Origin: an uncultured delta proteobacterium
Lineage (GTDB): Bacteria > Desulfobacterota > Binatia > UBA9968
Direction: 5' to 3'
DNA: 64,000 bases
NCBI GenBank assembly: GCA_963771465.1
Contig: CAVYTU010000013.1
Coordinates: forward strand, 288,001-352,000
The notes under the pieces were generated by a model. It made no database searches. It was not told the origin of the DNA and was given only the letters and a program-made list of their open reading frames with translations. Made by a program: the position numbers and the translations under genes. Numbering within the stretch: the first letter of the stretch is position 1; each line of letters opens with the position of its first letter. Below are positions 31,145 to 41,477 of the stretch, in pieces.

Positions 31145-31213
31145 AACCAAACGTTGAATGACCAAACGATCCATTCTCACCCGGCGGAGGCAACAATCCA
31201 CCGGTGAAATTCC

Positions 31214-32059
31214 TTACGCTGCTTTGGGTTGAGGAATTTCCTCTGGCCACGCCTCGATGTAAACCGGCTCGGGCGGAAAGCCGAGCACATTTAAGTATAG
31301 GTATTCGCGCCAAGCGGGAAACTTGCTGACGTTTTCAAGGGGGACATTGAAGTGCCGGCGCAGAAAATCCCGGCGCGGCGGATCAAAGATGGTTCGGGAG
31401 TTGCTGTTCAGCGCCTTGGCATCGATCTCGGCGATCTTACGCCTGATCGGTCCCTCGCCGTACTCCTCGATCAACTGCCACACATAGTCGTGTAGCTTCT
31501 GCAAGATTGCGTCGTGGTGGCCGCGCTCTTCCGCGTGCACGACCCGCTCCTCGAAATCGAGCACCTTGGGAGTGGTAATCAGGATGCTTTGTATCGTTGC
31601 CGCCGTGCAGTGGCCGTAGGGCCAGAGATTGCCGGCGATGAGATAGCTCAGAAAGTCGCGCTGCATCAAGTCCAGGTGGTCGACGCGCGGCGTGAGCCCA
31701 TGCTGGCGCTCAAATTCTGGATCCGGTTGGGCGTGATCCCGACCCGGATTCAGAGTATTGCCCTGTCGTATGTAACCCCAGCCATGGCCGGCCTCGGTGC
31801 GGATATGATCGGCGAGTAGAAAACGCCACTCGTAGTCCATGTCGAAGTGAGAGTAGGCATAACAAGCGGTGCCGACGATGGTCTTGAGCTCGCCCCGGCC
31901 GCGATAAGCAAGCCATCTGCCGAGCAGCTCGCGCTCGGCGGCGTCCTTGGGTTCGCGCTTCTGTGAGTTCCGCTTGCTGCGGAAATCCTCAATCCATTCG
32001 CTAATCGGGTTGTCGTCACGGTAGGTGATCGGCTTTCCCACACCTCTGATATCCGCCAT
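31214..32059 (-). CDS. ferritin-like (putative dimetal four-helix bundle) protein, paralogue B
   Basis: GRGEL, HIRTEAGH, WPYGH and HAEERGHH conserved with paralogue A; RBS AAGGAGG. Confidence 0.7.
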   Translation of the reverse strand: MADIRGVGKPITYRDDNPISEWIEDFRSKRNSQKREPKDAAERELLGRWLAYRGRGELKTIVGTACYAYSHFDMDYEWRFLLADHIRTEAGHGWGYIRQGNTLNPGRDHAQPDPEFERQHGLTPRVDHLDLMQRDFLSYLIAGNLWPYGHCTAATIQSILITTPKVLDFEERVVHAEERGHHDAILQKLHDYVWQLIEEYGEGPIRRKIAEIDAKALNSNSRTIFDPPRRDFLRRHFNVPLENVSKFPAWREYLYLNVLGFPPEPVYIEAWPEEIPQPKAA

Positions 32060-32168
32060 AAAAACCTCCTTAGTTTCGGGCGACGGTTTCGCTTTCCTCC
32101 TAACGATTAAATGCTTGGCGCCGATTTATTTGCCTTGCGACCTTTATGCACTTTGTCGTCAACTCTTC

Positions 32169-33542
32169 CTACGGGCGTGGACGTAGAACATCGGTGAGCC
32201 CGTGCACGTCGCGTAGCTGCTCAAGGTGACGGGTGATTTCAATGACTTTATCGATCTGCTCCGGGGCGAGAACCCGCGCGGTCAGTTGGCGGAATTTCTT
32301 TTCGAGCATATCGTCCGGCAAAAGGTTATTCGGATGGCCGGGCGGAAATACCATGGTTTCGGACAATTCCTTTCCCGCTGACGTGCGCATGGTGATCGTC
32401 GTCGGATTGGCCTTGGGCCAGTGGATATCGAGCGATTCGTCCCCATAAACTGTCGATTTGTCGACCAGACTGAGGATGTCAGGCGAGCTCAGCTTTTCTG
32501 GTTCGAATTGATCAGCGGTAAGTTGGTCGTCAACAAGAGCTGCCGCGATGCAGAAACGCACGCTATGATTGGCGGTGTCGCGGCTTTGTGGCCGCGCGTA
32601 GGATTCGCGCGACTGCGTGTTGGCGTCCCGGCGCGCAAAACCGATGCGCAATGATGCGATATCGCGCCAATCTAACTTATTCTCGCGCACGAGTTTAAAC
32701 GCCGCCGCCACCGCGGTCTGGCCGCACTTCACGGTGTTGTAAAGTTTCGTGTAGCTCTCCAAAATTTTATGCCGCGCGATGGGCGCGACTAAGCCATCGT
32801 AGTCGATGGAGCCGGCGACCGCTTGCGTGAAGCCACCCGAGCTTTCGATTACGGCATGAGGTCCAGTTATTTTCTGCTCCGCCAGTAACGCCGCGACGAT
32901 GGCGTTTGCTGCGGTCATGCCATCGAGAATCGATTTGTTCATCGGCACCTGGCCGTGGCTCGCGGCATCGAGCACGCCGCCATGAGTCACCGCCATGCCG
33001 AGAGCGCTCAAGGTTTGCTCTCTATTCAAATTGAGCAGACCAGCGGCCGCCAGCGGAATTGAAAAAGACAAATTGGTGCTGCCGGCCCAGCCGCGGGCGC
33101 CGAAATCGGGCAAGCCGGAGTTCTCCTGAAAGCGCGGCATGATTTCGTAGCCGGTGACGATCGCGGTAACGAGCTCTTTGCCGCTCGCTTGGACGCGTTC
33201 AGCCAGCGCAAGCAGCGGTGGAATATTGAAACAAGGATGACACGGATAGGGACCAGGATGGCCGTCCATGAAGTCGAGAAAACGGAGAGCGGTTCCGTTG
33301 ACCAGCGCCGCCCGTTCGCACGAGGTTCGCTCCCGAGTGCCAAGAATACTCGATTCCGCAACACCACCGAGCGCCAGCGCCACCCTTCGCACCGCTTCGG
33401 TAGTCTCGCCGCTGGCGCCGGCGATCATGCAGCCCAGCGCGTCGAGCAATCTTCGACCGGCTTCGCGAACGACTTCGGCGGGGAGATTGTCAAAACGAAT
33501 CCCGCGCGCCAAATCGACCAGCTTTTCTGTTACATCATTCAT
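32169..33542 (-). CDS. MmgE/PrpD family protein
   Basis: LLDALGCMIAG, AALVNGTALRFLDFMD, TANHSVRFCIA, PPGHPNN...LEKKF; start at MNDVTEKL. Confidence 0.9.
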   Translation of the reverse strand: MNDVTEKLVDLARGIRFDNLPAEVVREAGRRLLDALGCMIAGASGETTEAVRRVALALGGVAESSILGTRERTSCERAALVNGTALRFLDFMDGHPGPYPCHPCFNIPPLLALAERVQASGKELVTAIVTGYEIMPRFQENSGLPDFGARGWAGSTNLSFSIPLAAAGLLNLNREQTLSALGMAVTHGGVLDAASHGQVPMNKSILDGMTAANAIVAALLAEQKITGPHAVIESSGGFTQAVAGSIDYDGLVAPIARHKILESYTKLYNTVKCGQTAVAAAFKLVRENKLDWRDIASLRIGFARRDANTQSRESYARPQSRDTANHSVRFCIAAALVDDQLTADQFEPEKLSSPDILSLVDKSTVYGDESLDIHWPKANPTTITMRTSAGKELSETMVFPPGHPNNLLPDDMLEKKFRQLTARVLAPEQIDKVIEITRHLEQLRDVHGLTDVLRPRP

Positions 33543-33621
33543 TGTCGCCGAGTAACACAGGCACGAAAGCACTGTCAACCGAATCCAGGGAGCGTCTTGA
33601 CACAAAATTCGCCGCAGAGTA

Positions 33622-33700
33622 TTCACCACGAGAGACAGCAGAGCACGAAGTACGAAGTTTTATCATCCGAACCCTTCGTGACTGTCTGCCTGGATGGTGA
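33622..33700. repeat. intergenic palindromic REP-like element
   Basis: TTCACCACGAG...CACGAAG...CTTCGTG...GATGGTGA; same family as 16520-16591. Confidence 0.5.
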
Positions 33701-33748
33701 TAAGTATTGATCCAGCCACCGTCTGATAAAACCCGCGAAGGACAAAAC

Positions 33749-34759
33749 ATGAAGATCGCAAGAAGCATCGGTATCGTCTACTTAACTTTGTTGCTCCTCA
33801 GTTGGCACCATGCCTGGGGTCAAACCGATTCCACCGCCAAACTTATTGAAGGCGCAAAGAAAGAAGGCGAAGTAGTTATCTATGGGACGATGAGCTTGGA
33901 GGCGGTCAATTCGCTTAACGCAAAGTTCAAAGAAAAATACCCCTTCCTCGATATTAAATTAAATCGCCTGGGCTCGGGAAAATTTGCGCCGCGGGTAATC
34001 TCGGAAGTCAGAGCCAACAAACACCTCGCCGATATCTTACAGACCAATAGCCTGACTCTCCATTACATCAAGAAAGAAGGCTTCTTGATGAACTATCTCT
34101 CGCCGGAGGACCGTTACTACCCCAAACAATATAAGGAGCAAGGCTATTGGACCACAACCAACATGAACGTCCACGTGCTCGCCTATAACACCAAGCTGCT
34201 CACCCGCGACAAAGCACCCAAGACTTACGAGGATCTTTTGCTGCCGCAGTGGAAAGGGAAAATGTTGAGCGAAACTTCGGAGCAATGGGGCGCCTTGATG
34301 TTTCAGATCATGGGCAAAGAAAAGGCTATACGCTTTATGCGCGAACTGGCCAAGCAAAATGTATCATTGCGACGGGAGGCGAGCGCGCTACGTGTGCAAC
34401 TAATCGCTGCCGGCGAAGCATTGGTCGATTTCGACTCAACCCTCGGGCCGGTGGAGGATCTTAAACGACGCGGCGCGCCGATCGATTGGATCGCGCTCAG
34501 CCCGGCCCCCGTCGTCACCAGCGCGCACGCGATCGCCTTGCGGCCGCCCCATCCCAACGCCGCGCGGCTTTATTTGGACTACTTACTTTCACGCGAAGGA
34601 CAAAAAGCGGTCTTGGACACGCGCAGGAATGTCGCGCGCTCCGATCTTTTGCAGGAACAAGAAGCGATCAAGAATTTGGACCTCATGCCGCTCGACCCCA
34701 ACTTCGGAGCCAACGCGGAATACTACGCGCGACTGCTCAAAGAAATCTTCGGGCAGTGA
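33749..34759 (+). CDS. extracellular solute-binding protein (Fe3+-type cluster)
   Basis: Signal peptide, GAKKEGEVVIY, PKTYEDLLLPQWKGK, PHPNAARLYLDYLLSREGQ. Confidence 0.88.
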   Translation: MKIARSIGIVYLTLLLLSWHHAWGQTDSTAKLIEGAKKEGEVVIYGTMSLEAVNSLNAKFKEKYPFLDIKLNRLGSGKFAPRVISEVRANKHLADILQTNSLTLHYIKKEGFLMNYLSPEDRYYPKQYKEQGYWTTTNMNVHVLAYNTKLLTRDKAPKTYEDLLLPQWKGKMLSETSEQWGALMFQIMGKEKAIRFMRELAKQNVSLRREASALRVQLIAAGEALVDFDSTLGPVEDLKRRGAPIDWIALSPAPVVTSAHAIALRPPHPNAARLYLDYLLSREGQKAVLDTRRNVARSDLLQEQEAIKNLDLMPLDPNFGANAEYYARLLKEIFGQ

Positions 34760-34876
34760 TTGAGCAAGCAATGAAGTCATCCGCGACGAAAATGTTTTCC
34801 AACAACTTCATGTCGCTAGCGTGAAAATGGGCAACAATGAATTGCCGACCGACCCACATACAGAGGAGAAATCATC

Positions 34877-35939
34877 GTGAAAATAACTGACGTGCGAGTC
34901 ACTCGCCTCAAGATGCCCAGGGTCGATCCCGCGTGGCGCACGGCATCTTACGCCGGCAACTCGGTTGAGAGTTTCATTCTCGAAATCGACGCCGACGGCG
35001 TGACCGGCATCGGCGGCACGGCCGGCCACCCGCGCAGCATGCCGCCGGACAAGTTGGAAGCGCAACTCAACGGTCCCATTCGCGCCGCGCTGCTTGGCGC
35101 CGACCCGCTCTGCGGCAATGCGGTGCGCGAAGCGATTGGTAAAGCCGACGTCGATGCGCGCGCTACCATCGCCGCCGATCTCGCGCTCTACGATATCGCC
35201 GGTAAAATCGCCAAGCTTCCTTGCCACGCGCTTTGGGGCGGCGCCGTTCGGCCGGAACGTTAGAATCGTTCGCATGGTCGGTATTAAAGCGCCTGAGGAG
35301 TTGGTGACTACCGTGGGGCAACTGCTCGAAGACGGCATCACCCACATGAAAGTTAAGGTCGGTACCGGCATCAAAGAAGATGTCGAACGCATCCGTGCGT
35401 TGCGCAAATCATTCGCCGAAAGAATTTCCATCGGCATCGACGGCAACGGTGCCTACACGCCGGATGAGGCCATCGAACTCAGCCGCGCCCTCACGCCGTA
35501 CAACGTTACTTTGATCGAGCAGCCAATCGATTACCATGACTTGGACGGCCTGGCGAAAGTTACCGCGGCGAGCCCGATTCCGATCATGGCCGACCAGTGT
35601 GTTGATGACGCCGAGTCGGCGTTGGAAGTATGTCAGCGTAAGGCTGCACACGTCGTCTCAGTCAAACTTAGCAAGATGGGATCCATCGATGAATGCCGGC
35701 GTGTCTTTGAAATCTGCCGCGCGTTTGGCGTGAGGGTTCATATCGGTGGCTCCGCCGGACCGGCGGTGGTTGACATCGCCGCAGCACAACTGGCAGCATC
35801 GTTCTCGACCATCGACGAGGACGCTGAGGTCGGCGAGTTTCAAGCGCTCACCGGGGAACCTACCCGCGGCGCGACGGTCAAGGGTGGTTGTGTTGAGATT
35901 GGTGACGCGCCGGGCTGGGGACTGAGTTTGGCGCGATAA
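34877..35939 (+). CDS. mandelate racemase/muconate cycloisomerase (enolase superfamily) protein, frameshifted near 35250
   Basis: MKITDV...ADLALYDIAGK, then KVKVG, DGNGAY, IEQP, PIMADQ, SVKLSKMG in the next frame. Confidence 0.85.
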
Positions 35940-36020
35940 TTAAAACACTGGCGTCCTGGAACAATCGGTTCAGAGCGTGCCGTTCCAAAGTTTCAGCATG
36001 ACACATTTTGCGGGGGAATC

Positions 36021-37130
36021 ATGACACGAATTTATTTGGTATTTGCTTTGATCGTAACGCTATCCGTCGGCGGCACTGATTGTTTCGCCGCTGCGGCCGG
36101 CGCTTCATTGGCCAAGGCCAAACAGGATGCCGAGGCTAAGGGGTATACTTTTCTAACCAGCCACGAAGAGATTCTCGCGCGCGCTAGGAAAGAGGGCAGG
36201 TTGCGCGTGCTTAGCTCGCAAGACCCTGAAGCGATCAAGGCGATGTCCGCCGCTTTCAAGAAAAAGTATCCCTTCATCGATGCCCGCATCGAGGAAATCG
36301 GCGGCATGGAAAACTATCAACGCATCCTCCAAGAAATGAAGGCAGGTCTGGCCAAGACCTGGGACGCCAACTATTTAGCTTTCGATTTTTACAGCGAGTT
36401 CGTGCCGTTTCAGAAAAAGTTCGACATCCTGGGTATGGCCGAACAGGGCGTGCTGCAAATCTCGCCGAAACTGGTCGATCCGGTGAATCGCTCAGTCGTC
36501 GCCGTCCAAAGCAATATGCAGGTCATCGCATACAACAAAGAGATGATTTCCGGCGATAAAGTGCCGGATAGCTGGGAGGGATTCCTGGCGCCTGAGTTCA
36601 AAGGCAAAAAATTTCTGCTTGATGTGCGCCCGAAACCGCTCGCGGCTCTCGTTCCACTCTGGGGCCTGGAAAAAACCGTTGAGTTCGCCAAGAAACTCGC
36701 GGCACAACAGCCGATCTGGTACCGGGGCGAAGCACGCCAACTCATCCAAATGACGGTGGGCGAATATCCGCTCATCCTCGGACCGAATTACAAATCGTCG
36801 AAAGCGACGAAAGATCCACGCGGAGTTCTCGAAGTGAAAGTTGTCGAACCAGTTCCGGCGCGCTTCAGCGAAGTACAGGCCGTGTTGAATGCGGCATCGA
36901 GTCCACACGCCGCGCTACTCTGGCTCGAATTTCAAGCGAGCGCCGAAGGACAAAAAATTCTCGACGAGACCGATATGGCCGCGACCATCTACACACCAGG
37001 ATCGACGATCGAGAAGTTGACCCGCAACAAGAAAGTGTCGTTGCTTACCTGGGAGCACTATCCGAAAATGGGCAAGTACGAAGAGGAAATCATCAAAGCC
37101 TACGGGTTCCCGCGAGCAGAAGCTAAATAA
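36021..37130 (+). CDS. extracellular solute-binding protein (Fe3+-type cluster)
   Basis: ARKEGRL, VPDSWEGFLAPEFKGKK, PHAALLWLEFQASAEGQ; paralogous to 24948-26063. Confidence 0.85.
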   Translation: MTRIYLVFALIVTLSVGGTDCFAAAAGASLAKAKQDAEAKGYTFLTSHEEILARARKEGRLRVLSSQDPEAIKAMSAAFKKKYPFIDARIEEIGGMENYQRILQEMKAGLAKTWDANYLAFDFYSEFVPFQKKFDILGMAEQGVLQISPKLVDPVNRSVVAVQSNMQVIAYNKEMISGDKVPDSWEGFLAPEFKGKKFLLDVRPKPLAALVPLWGLEKTVEFAKKLAAQQPIWYRGEARQLIQMTVGEYPLILGPNYKSSKATKDPRGVLEVKVVEPVPARFSEVQAVLNAASSPHAALLWLEFQASAEGQKILDETDMAATIYTPGSTIEKLTRNKKVSLLTWEHYPKMGKYEEEIIKAYGFPRAEAK

Positions 37131-37296
37131 CAGACGCAAAGCTCACGAGGGTTTTTTCGATCCGCTATTTAGTCGGCCCACGTGGCAGGCCTCGGCGGAG
37201 TGCACGGAGAGAGAGACTTCACCGAGAGGCGATAAGTAGTTCTCGAACGACTTGGCAGCGGACAAATTTACAACAATTATTTTTTCTCGCTGCTCG

Positions 37297-38523
37297 TTAA
37301 GCGGTCGCTGCGGCACGGTGTCGGCGGCTCAACACTAACAAGAAGCTCGCTGCGACAGTGCATACTAAGCCGCACATGGCAAAAGTCCATTCGATACTGA
37401 TCACTGCTGCTGAACCGCCGATGATCAGACTGCCAAGGGACCACAAACCTCGGTCCATGAAAAATAGGCTCAACACCCGACCCAGCAGATTCTGCGGCGT
37501 GTCTGTTTGAATCACGGTATTGGCCAAAGCGCGCTCGCCTAACTGGCAAAATCCTACCATCGTCAGCGCGATAATCGACAGCACGAACGAATGACTAAAG
37601 GCGAATAGGGTCAGGAACAACGCAAAACCCAATACACACGCACAGATCGAGCGGGTGCCGACGCGCAGCTTGTTGACGGACGCGAGAAATAATGATGCTG
37701 CCGTAGCGCCGATTCCCGGTGCCGACATCAGCAAGCCAAATCCTGACGCGCCGACGTGCAGCACATTCGTGGCGAAAATCGGCACGAATCGACTGTAGGG
37801 CGCGCCAAACAAGGCCATGAGGTAGGAAATGCCGACAATATGAAGAATACGCCGGTTGCCGCGCAGGTAGCCGTATCCTTCTTTGATATCGGCGAATAAG
37901 CTCTGACGGCCTTGGCGCGCTTCCCACGGCGGCAGGTCCATTAGATACAAATTGAAGAGCAAAAAGACAAAACTGATGGCATTGACCAGGAAGCAACCGG
38001 AGATGCCGAGGTAAGCGATAATCACGCCGCCCGCCGACGGTCCGGCGATCTTCGAGAAGTTGTTTACCGAGGAGTGCAGTCCGATCGCGTTGAGCAGCTC
38101 TTCTTTGGGTATCAGACTGTTTATCAACGACTGGCGCGCCGTCTGATTGATCGTGTTCACGACGCCCAAGAAACAAGCCAAAATTGCGATCTGCCATAAC
38201 TCGATGGTTTCAAATTGCACCAACAGCCAATAGACAATCGCTTGCATCATCGCCAGAGTCTGGGTGATCATCAGCACTCGCCTGCGGTCGAAACGATCGG
38301 CGATGGCGCCGCCCACTGCGCCGACCATAAGCCGCGGCAAGCTGTCAAAGACCGCGATTACGCCGATGGCGACCGGCGACTGAGAAAGGTGCCACACCAG
38401 CCAGCTTTGCGCGACGTTCTGCATAAAATCGCCGGAGTGGGAAATTAACGCACCTACTAATAGCAGGCGAAAGTTTCGATGGCGCAGGGAACGAAGTGTT
38501 CTGAATTTCCAAAGGTTTTGCAA
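37297..38523 (-). CDS. MFS transporter (MFS_3-like)
   Basis: SLRHRNFRLL, GAIADRFDRRRVL, about 12 TM helices. Confidence 0.9.
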   Translation of the reverse strand: MQNLWKFRTLRSLRHRNFRLLLVGALISHSGDFMQNVAQSWLVWHLSQSPVAIGVIAVFDSLPRLMVGAVGGAIADRFDRRRVLMITQTLAMMQAIVYWLLVQFETIELWQIAILACFLGVVNTINQTARQSLINSLIPKEELLNAIGLHSSVNNFSKIAGPSAGGVIIAYLGISGCFLVNAISFVFLLFNLYLMDLPPWEARQGRQSLFADIKEGYGYLRGNRRILHIVGISYLMALFGAPYSRFVPIFATNVLHVGASGFGLLMSAPGIGATAASLFLASVNKLRVGTRSICACVLGFALFLTLFAFSHSFVLSIIALTMVGFCQLGERALANTVIQTDTPQNLLGRVLSLFFMDRGLWSLGSLIIGGSAAVISIEWTFAMCGLVCTVAASFLLVLSRRHRAAATA

Positions 38524-38698
38524 AGCTAATTTGCCGTTCGATCACGATTATCTACTATTGTTACGGCAATCATCGTCGCAATGCAAAGCTGCCACGTTAG
38601 AGACGGGTAATTGTCTTACCGTCTCGGCTGGCATAGAATTCCCGGCACGGCCTGATCCGACTTTTCGATCAGCCGCTTGTGTCCCTGGGGGATATCAT

Positions 38699-39217
38699 AT
38701 GTCTTCGATGCCCATCATCAATTTGCAGCGACACGCTCACCAACTAGCCGCCAGCGGCAAGCGCGTCAGCGTTCTGTGGCAGCATGCTGACACGCTCGCG
38801 TTTATCGCTCGCGGCCGCGAGTACCGCAGTGAATTTCACATCAATCCGAGCGACGAGACTATGTACATGATCAAAGGCGAGATGCGCCTGCACTTCCGCA
38901 CGCTGGAAGGCAAGGAAGACGTCGCGGTGATCGCCGAAGGAGCGATGATCTACACGCCCGCAGGCACACCGCACTCGCCGCGCTTCGCGCCCGATGCCTT
39001 CGCTTTGATTTCAGAGAGAAAAAGACGGATCGGCGAGATCGACAAGTTTCACTGGTACTGCCAGAAGTGTGACAACTTGCTGCACGAAGAACACTTTATT
39101 GTAAGAGACTACGCCGAAGACCCGGTGTCGAAGGCTTACCGGCGATTTTTCGACAGCGAAGAGTTCCGCACCTGCAAGAAATGCGGCGATGTCATGCCGG
39201 CGCCGGAAGAACTTTGA
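38699..39217 (+). CDS. nbaC: 3-hydroxyanthranilate 3,4-dioxygenase family protein
   Basis: FHINPSDETMYMIKGEM, GTPHSPR, rubredoxin-like WYCQKC and RTCKKCG. Confidence 0.8.
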   Translation: MSSMPIINLQRHAHQLAASGKRVSVLWQHADTLAFIARGREYRSEFHINPSDETMYMIKGEMRLHFRTLEGKEDVAVIAEGAMIYTPAGTPHSPRFAPDAFALISERKRRIGEIDKFHWYCQKCDNLLHEEHFIVRDYAEDPVSKAYRRFFDSEEFRTCKKCGDVMPAPEEL

Positions 39218-39536
39218 TTACAAATCGAGAGAAGCACGCAGTTGCAAACGAGAAGACTCAAGAATTCCCAAACATTTCAGTATCGAAATCTGGCCACTGG
39301 GTTTGCTTAGGTCTCATGGCAAACAGTTCTCGGACAAACACGGACCGGCGAGATTAAGTTGATCGACTCTTCAGGCAATCTCACAGGACTTGTTCGTCTG
39401 AGAAATCAGTTCAATCTCAGGCTGCAGATGGAGGACATCGCCTGATAACCGATGCCGATCCGGCTTTATCTGTGGCGCCACTTTTCGTCGATTCTCTCCG
39501 AGGATCGTACGAGGACAAAAGGCTAAGAAGCTGAAA

Positions 39537-41477
39537 CTATTTTTTGGTGATGGTCGAATTAATTTCACACACAAGCCGATGAGCTTCAGCGTCCGACAGC
39601 GTTGCTAATTCGTCTAGGATGGTCGCCAACTGGCTCTCGTCTAACATCTTCCCTTGGTGTTCGGTGATTACCGCGGCCATTTCAGCAATGGTCGGAGACT
39701 GAAACAGTGATTGCAGCGGTATCTCTAACTGAAAGCGTTTGATGACCTGTGATATAACTTGGGTTGCGGACAATGAGTGACCTCCGAGGTCAAAGAAATC
39801 ATCATTTATACCTATGGGGGAAACATCAAGAACTTCTTCCCATATCTGGACTAAAATCTGTTCGGTCTCATTTCGTGGCCTAGAATATAACGCGCTGAGC
39901 TCCGGGCGCTTTTGGTCTGGTTCAGGTAAGGCTTTTCGGTCGAGCTTGCCGGTGGCAGTGAGTGGTAGGACTTCCATCCTGACAAATACTGACGGTATCA
40001 TGTAATCGGCCAGTACGTTACCCAAGCATTTCCGTAACTCATGTGCTGTAGGAGCTGTAGGACCCTGATCAGTTAAAGATGTAAAATAAGCTGCGAGTCG
40101 ACTCTTCCCCGATTTATCTTTTCGATCCACTACAACAGCGTCGCGGATCGCCTTATGACTGCGAAGGGCCGCCTCAACCTCGTTAAGATCCACACCGTAA
40201 CCGCGAATCTTAATCCAGTCGTCCTTGCGACCTTTGTGCACTAAGCAGCCTTCGGGAAGCATTAACCCAAGGTCCCCGGTGTAGTAAAGCCGTTTGTTCT
40301 GATCCTCTGGATCGTGCTTGAATTTCGCAGCGGTCAACTCCGGATTATGCCAATAGCCCGGTGAAAGATAAGCACTGCGAACGACGATTTCACCAACCTG
40401 CTCCAAGTCAACAGATTTACCGGTCTCATCAACGAGTAGCACCTCGCGATCGGGAACCGGGTATCCAACCGGCACCGTTTCCTCGTCAATAGGTGTATCG
40501 TGGTCGATGAAGTATTGCCGAATGGTCGTAGCCTCGCTCGATCCTAGGTTGTGAAGAAGACAGCAAGTGTTGGGAAATCGCTTGCGGTAGTCGAGGACGT
40601 CACTGCGGTACACGGGCTCGCCGCCAAGGTGTAGAACCCGCATGTGGGGAAACTTTACCGCTTCGTCCGATGACTGAATCATCGACCGAAAGAGCGTCGG
40701 GACGATCTGACAGACAGTGACGCGCTTCTCGATCAACCAGTGCGCGAAGCTCGCTGGGCCTTGCCCAGCCGTATCAAAAGGCAAAAGAGTCGCGCCGTTT
40801 AGCAGAGCGCGAAAAATCGACGACGTTCCTGCCAAAGTTGTGTAGCTCGCCGCCTGGCAGATGCGGTCTTCGCAGGTGAGGTAAAGCGTGTTGGTATGCA
40901 CCATGATGTTGTTCAAAACGATAGTGTGTGTGTGCACGACCCCCTTCGGTCGACCGGTTGATCCAGAGGTATAGATGATATTACTGGCGGTGTCCGGCGT
41001 GATATCGAGTCCGAGATTTTCGCCGTTTCCGGAGCCGATGACACATTCAATTGCCACGACTTCGGTACCATGGCCTACCAGTGTCGCTGCCTCTTCAATG
41101 TGATCACAATCAGTAAGGACCAAAACGCTTCCGGCATCCATCAACAAGGCGTGAGACCGCTCAGACGGACCACCTGGCAGCATGGGAAACCATGCACGGC
41201 CTGACTTGAGCACACCCAGGATGCCGGCTATCGCGTCGAAGCCCGGCGCGAAGAACAATGCCACTGGATCACTAGATTCCTGTGTGTGTAAAATCGCTCG
41301 CGCAATGCGGTTAGCACTTTCGTTTAAGGTACGGTAGGTCCAGCTCTGCTGCCCCGCTTCGATGGCAATTCTATCCGGGTGACGTGCGGCTTGCGACTCG
41401 AACCTGCGAGGAATGTTACCTTCTAGCTCTATCGGAAACTCTTCGAATCCGGCCACTGGAATTGGGCGAGTTACCAT
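39537..41477 (-). CDS. stand-alone NRPS-like adenylation-thiolation didomain
   Basis: YTSGSTGRPKG, YYTGDLG, IKIRGY, LPLTATGKLDR, carrier motif FFDLGGHSL; start MVTRP at 41477 overlaps the upstream stop. Confidence 0.88.
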   Translation of the reverse strand: MVTRPIPVAGFEEFPIELEGNIPRRFESQAARHPDRIAIEAGQQSWTYRTLNESANRIARAILHTQESSDPVALFFAPGFDAIAGILGVLKSGRAWFPMLPGGPSERSHALLMDAGSVLVLTDCDHIEEAATLVGHGTEVVAIECVIGSGNGENLGLDITPDTASNIIYTSGSTGRPKGVVHTHTIVLNNIMVHTNTLYLTCEDRICQAASYTTLAGTSSIFRALLNGATLLPFDTAGQGPASFAHWLIEKRVTVCQIVPTLFRSMIQSSDEAVKFPHMRVLHLGGEPVYRSDVLDYRKRFPNTCCLLHNLGSSEATTIRQYFIDHDTPIDEETVPVGYPVPDREVLLVDETGKSVDLEQVGEIVVRSAYLSPGYWHNPELTAAKFKHDPEDQNKRLYYTGDLGLMLPEGCLVHKGRKDDWIKIRGYGVDLNEVEAALRSHKAIRDAVVVDRKDKSGKSRLAAYFTSLTDQGPTAPTAHELRKCLGNVLADYMIPSVFVRMEVLPLTATGKLDRKALPEPDQKRPELSALYSRPRNETEQILVQIWEEVLDVSPIGINDDFFDLGGHSLSATQVISQVIKRFQLEIPLQSLFQSPTIAEMAAVITEHQGKMLDESQLATILDELATLSDAEAHRLVCEINSTITKK

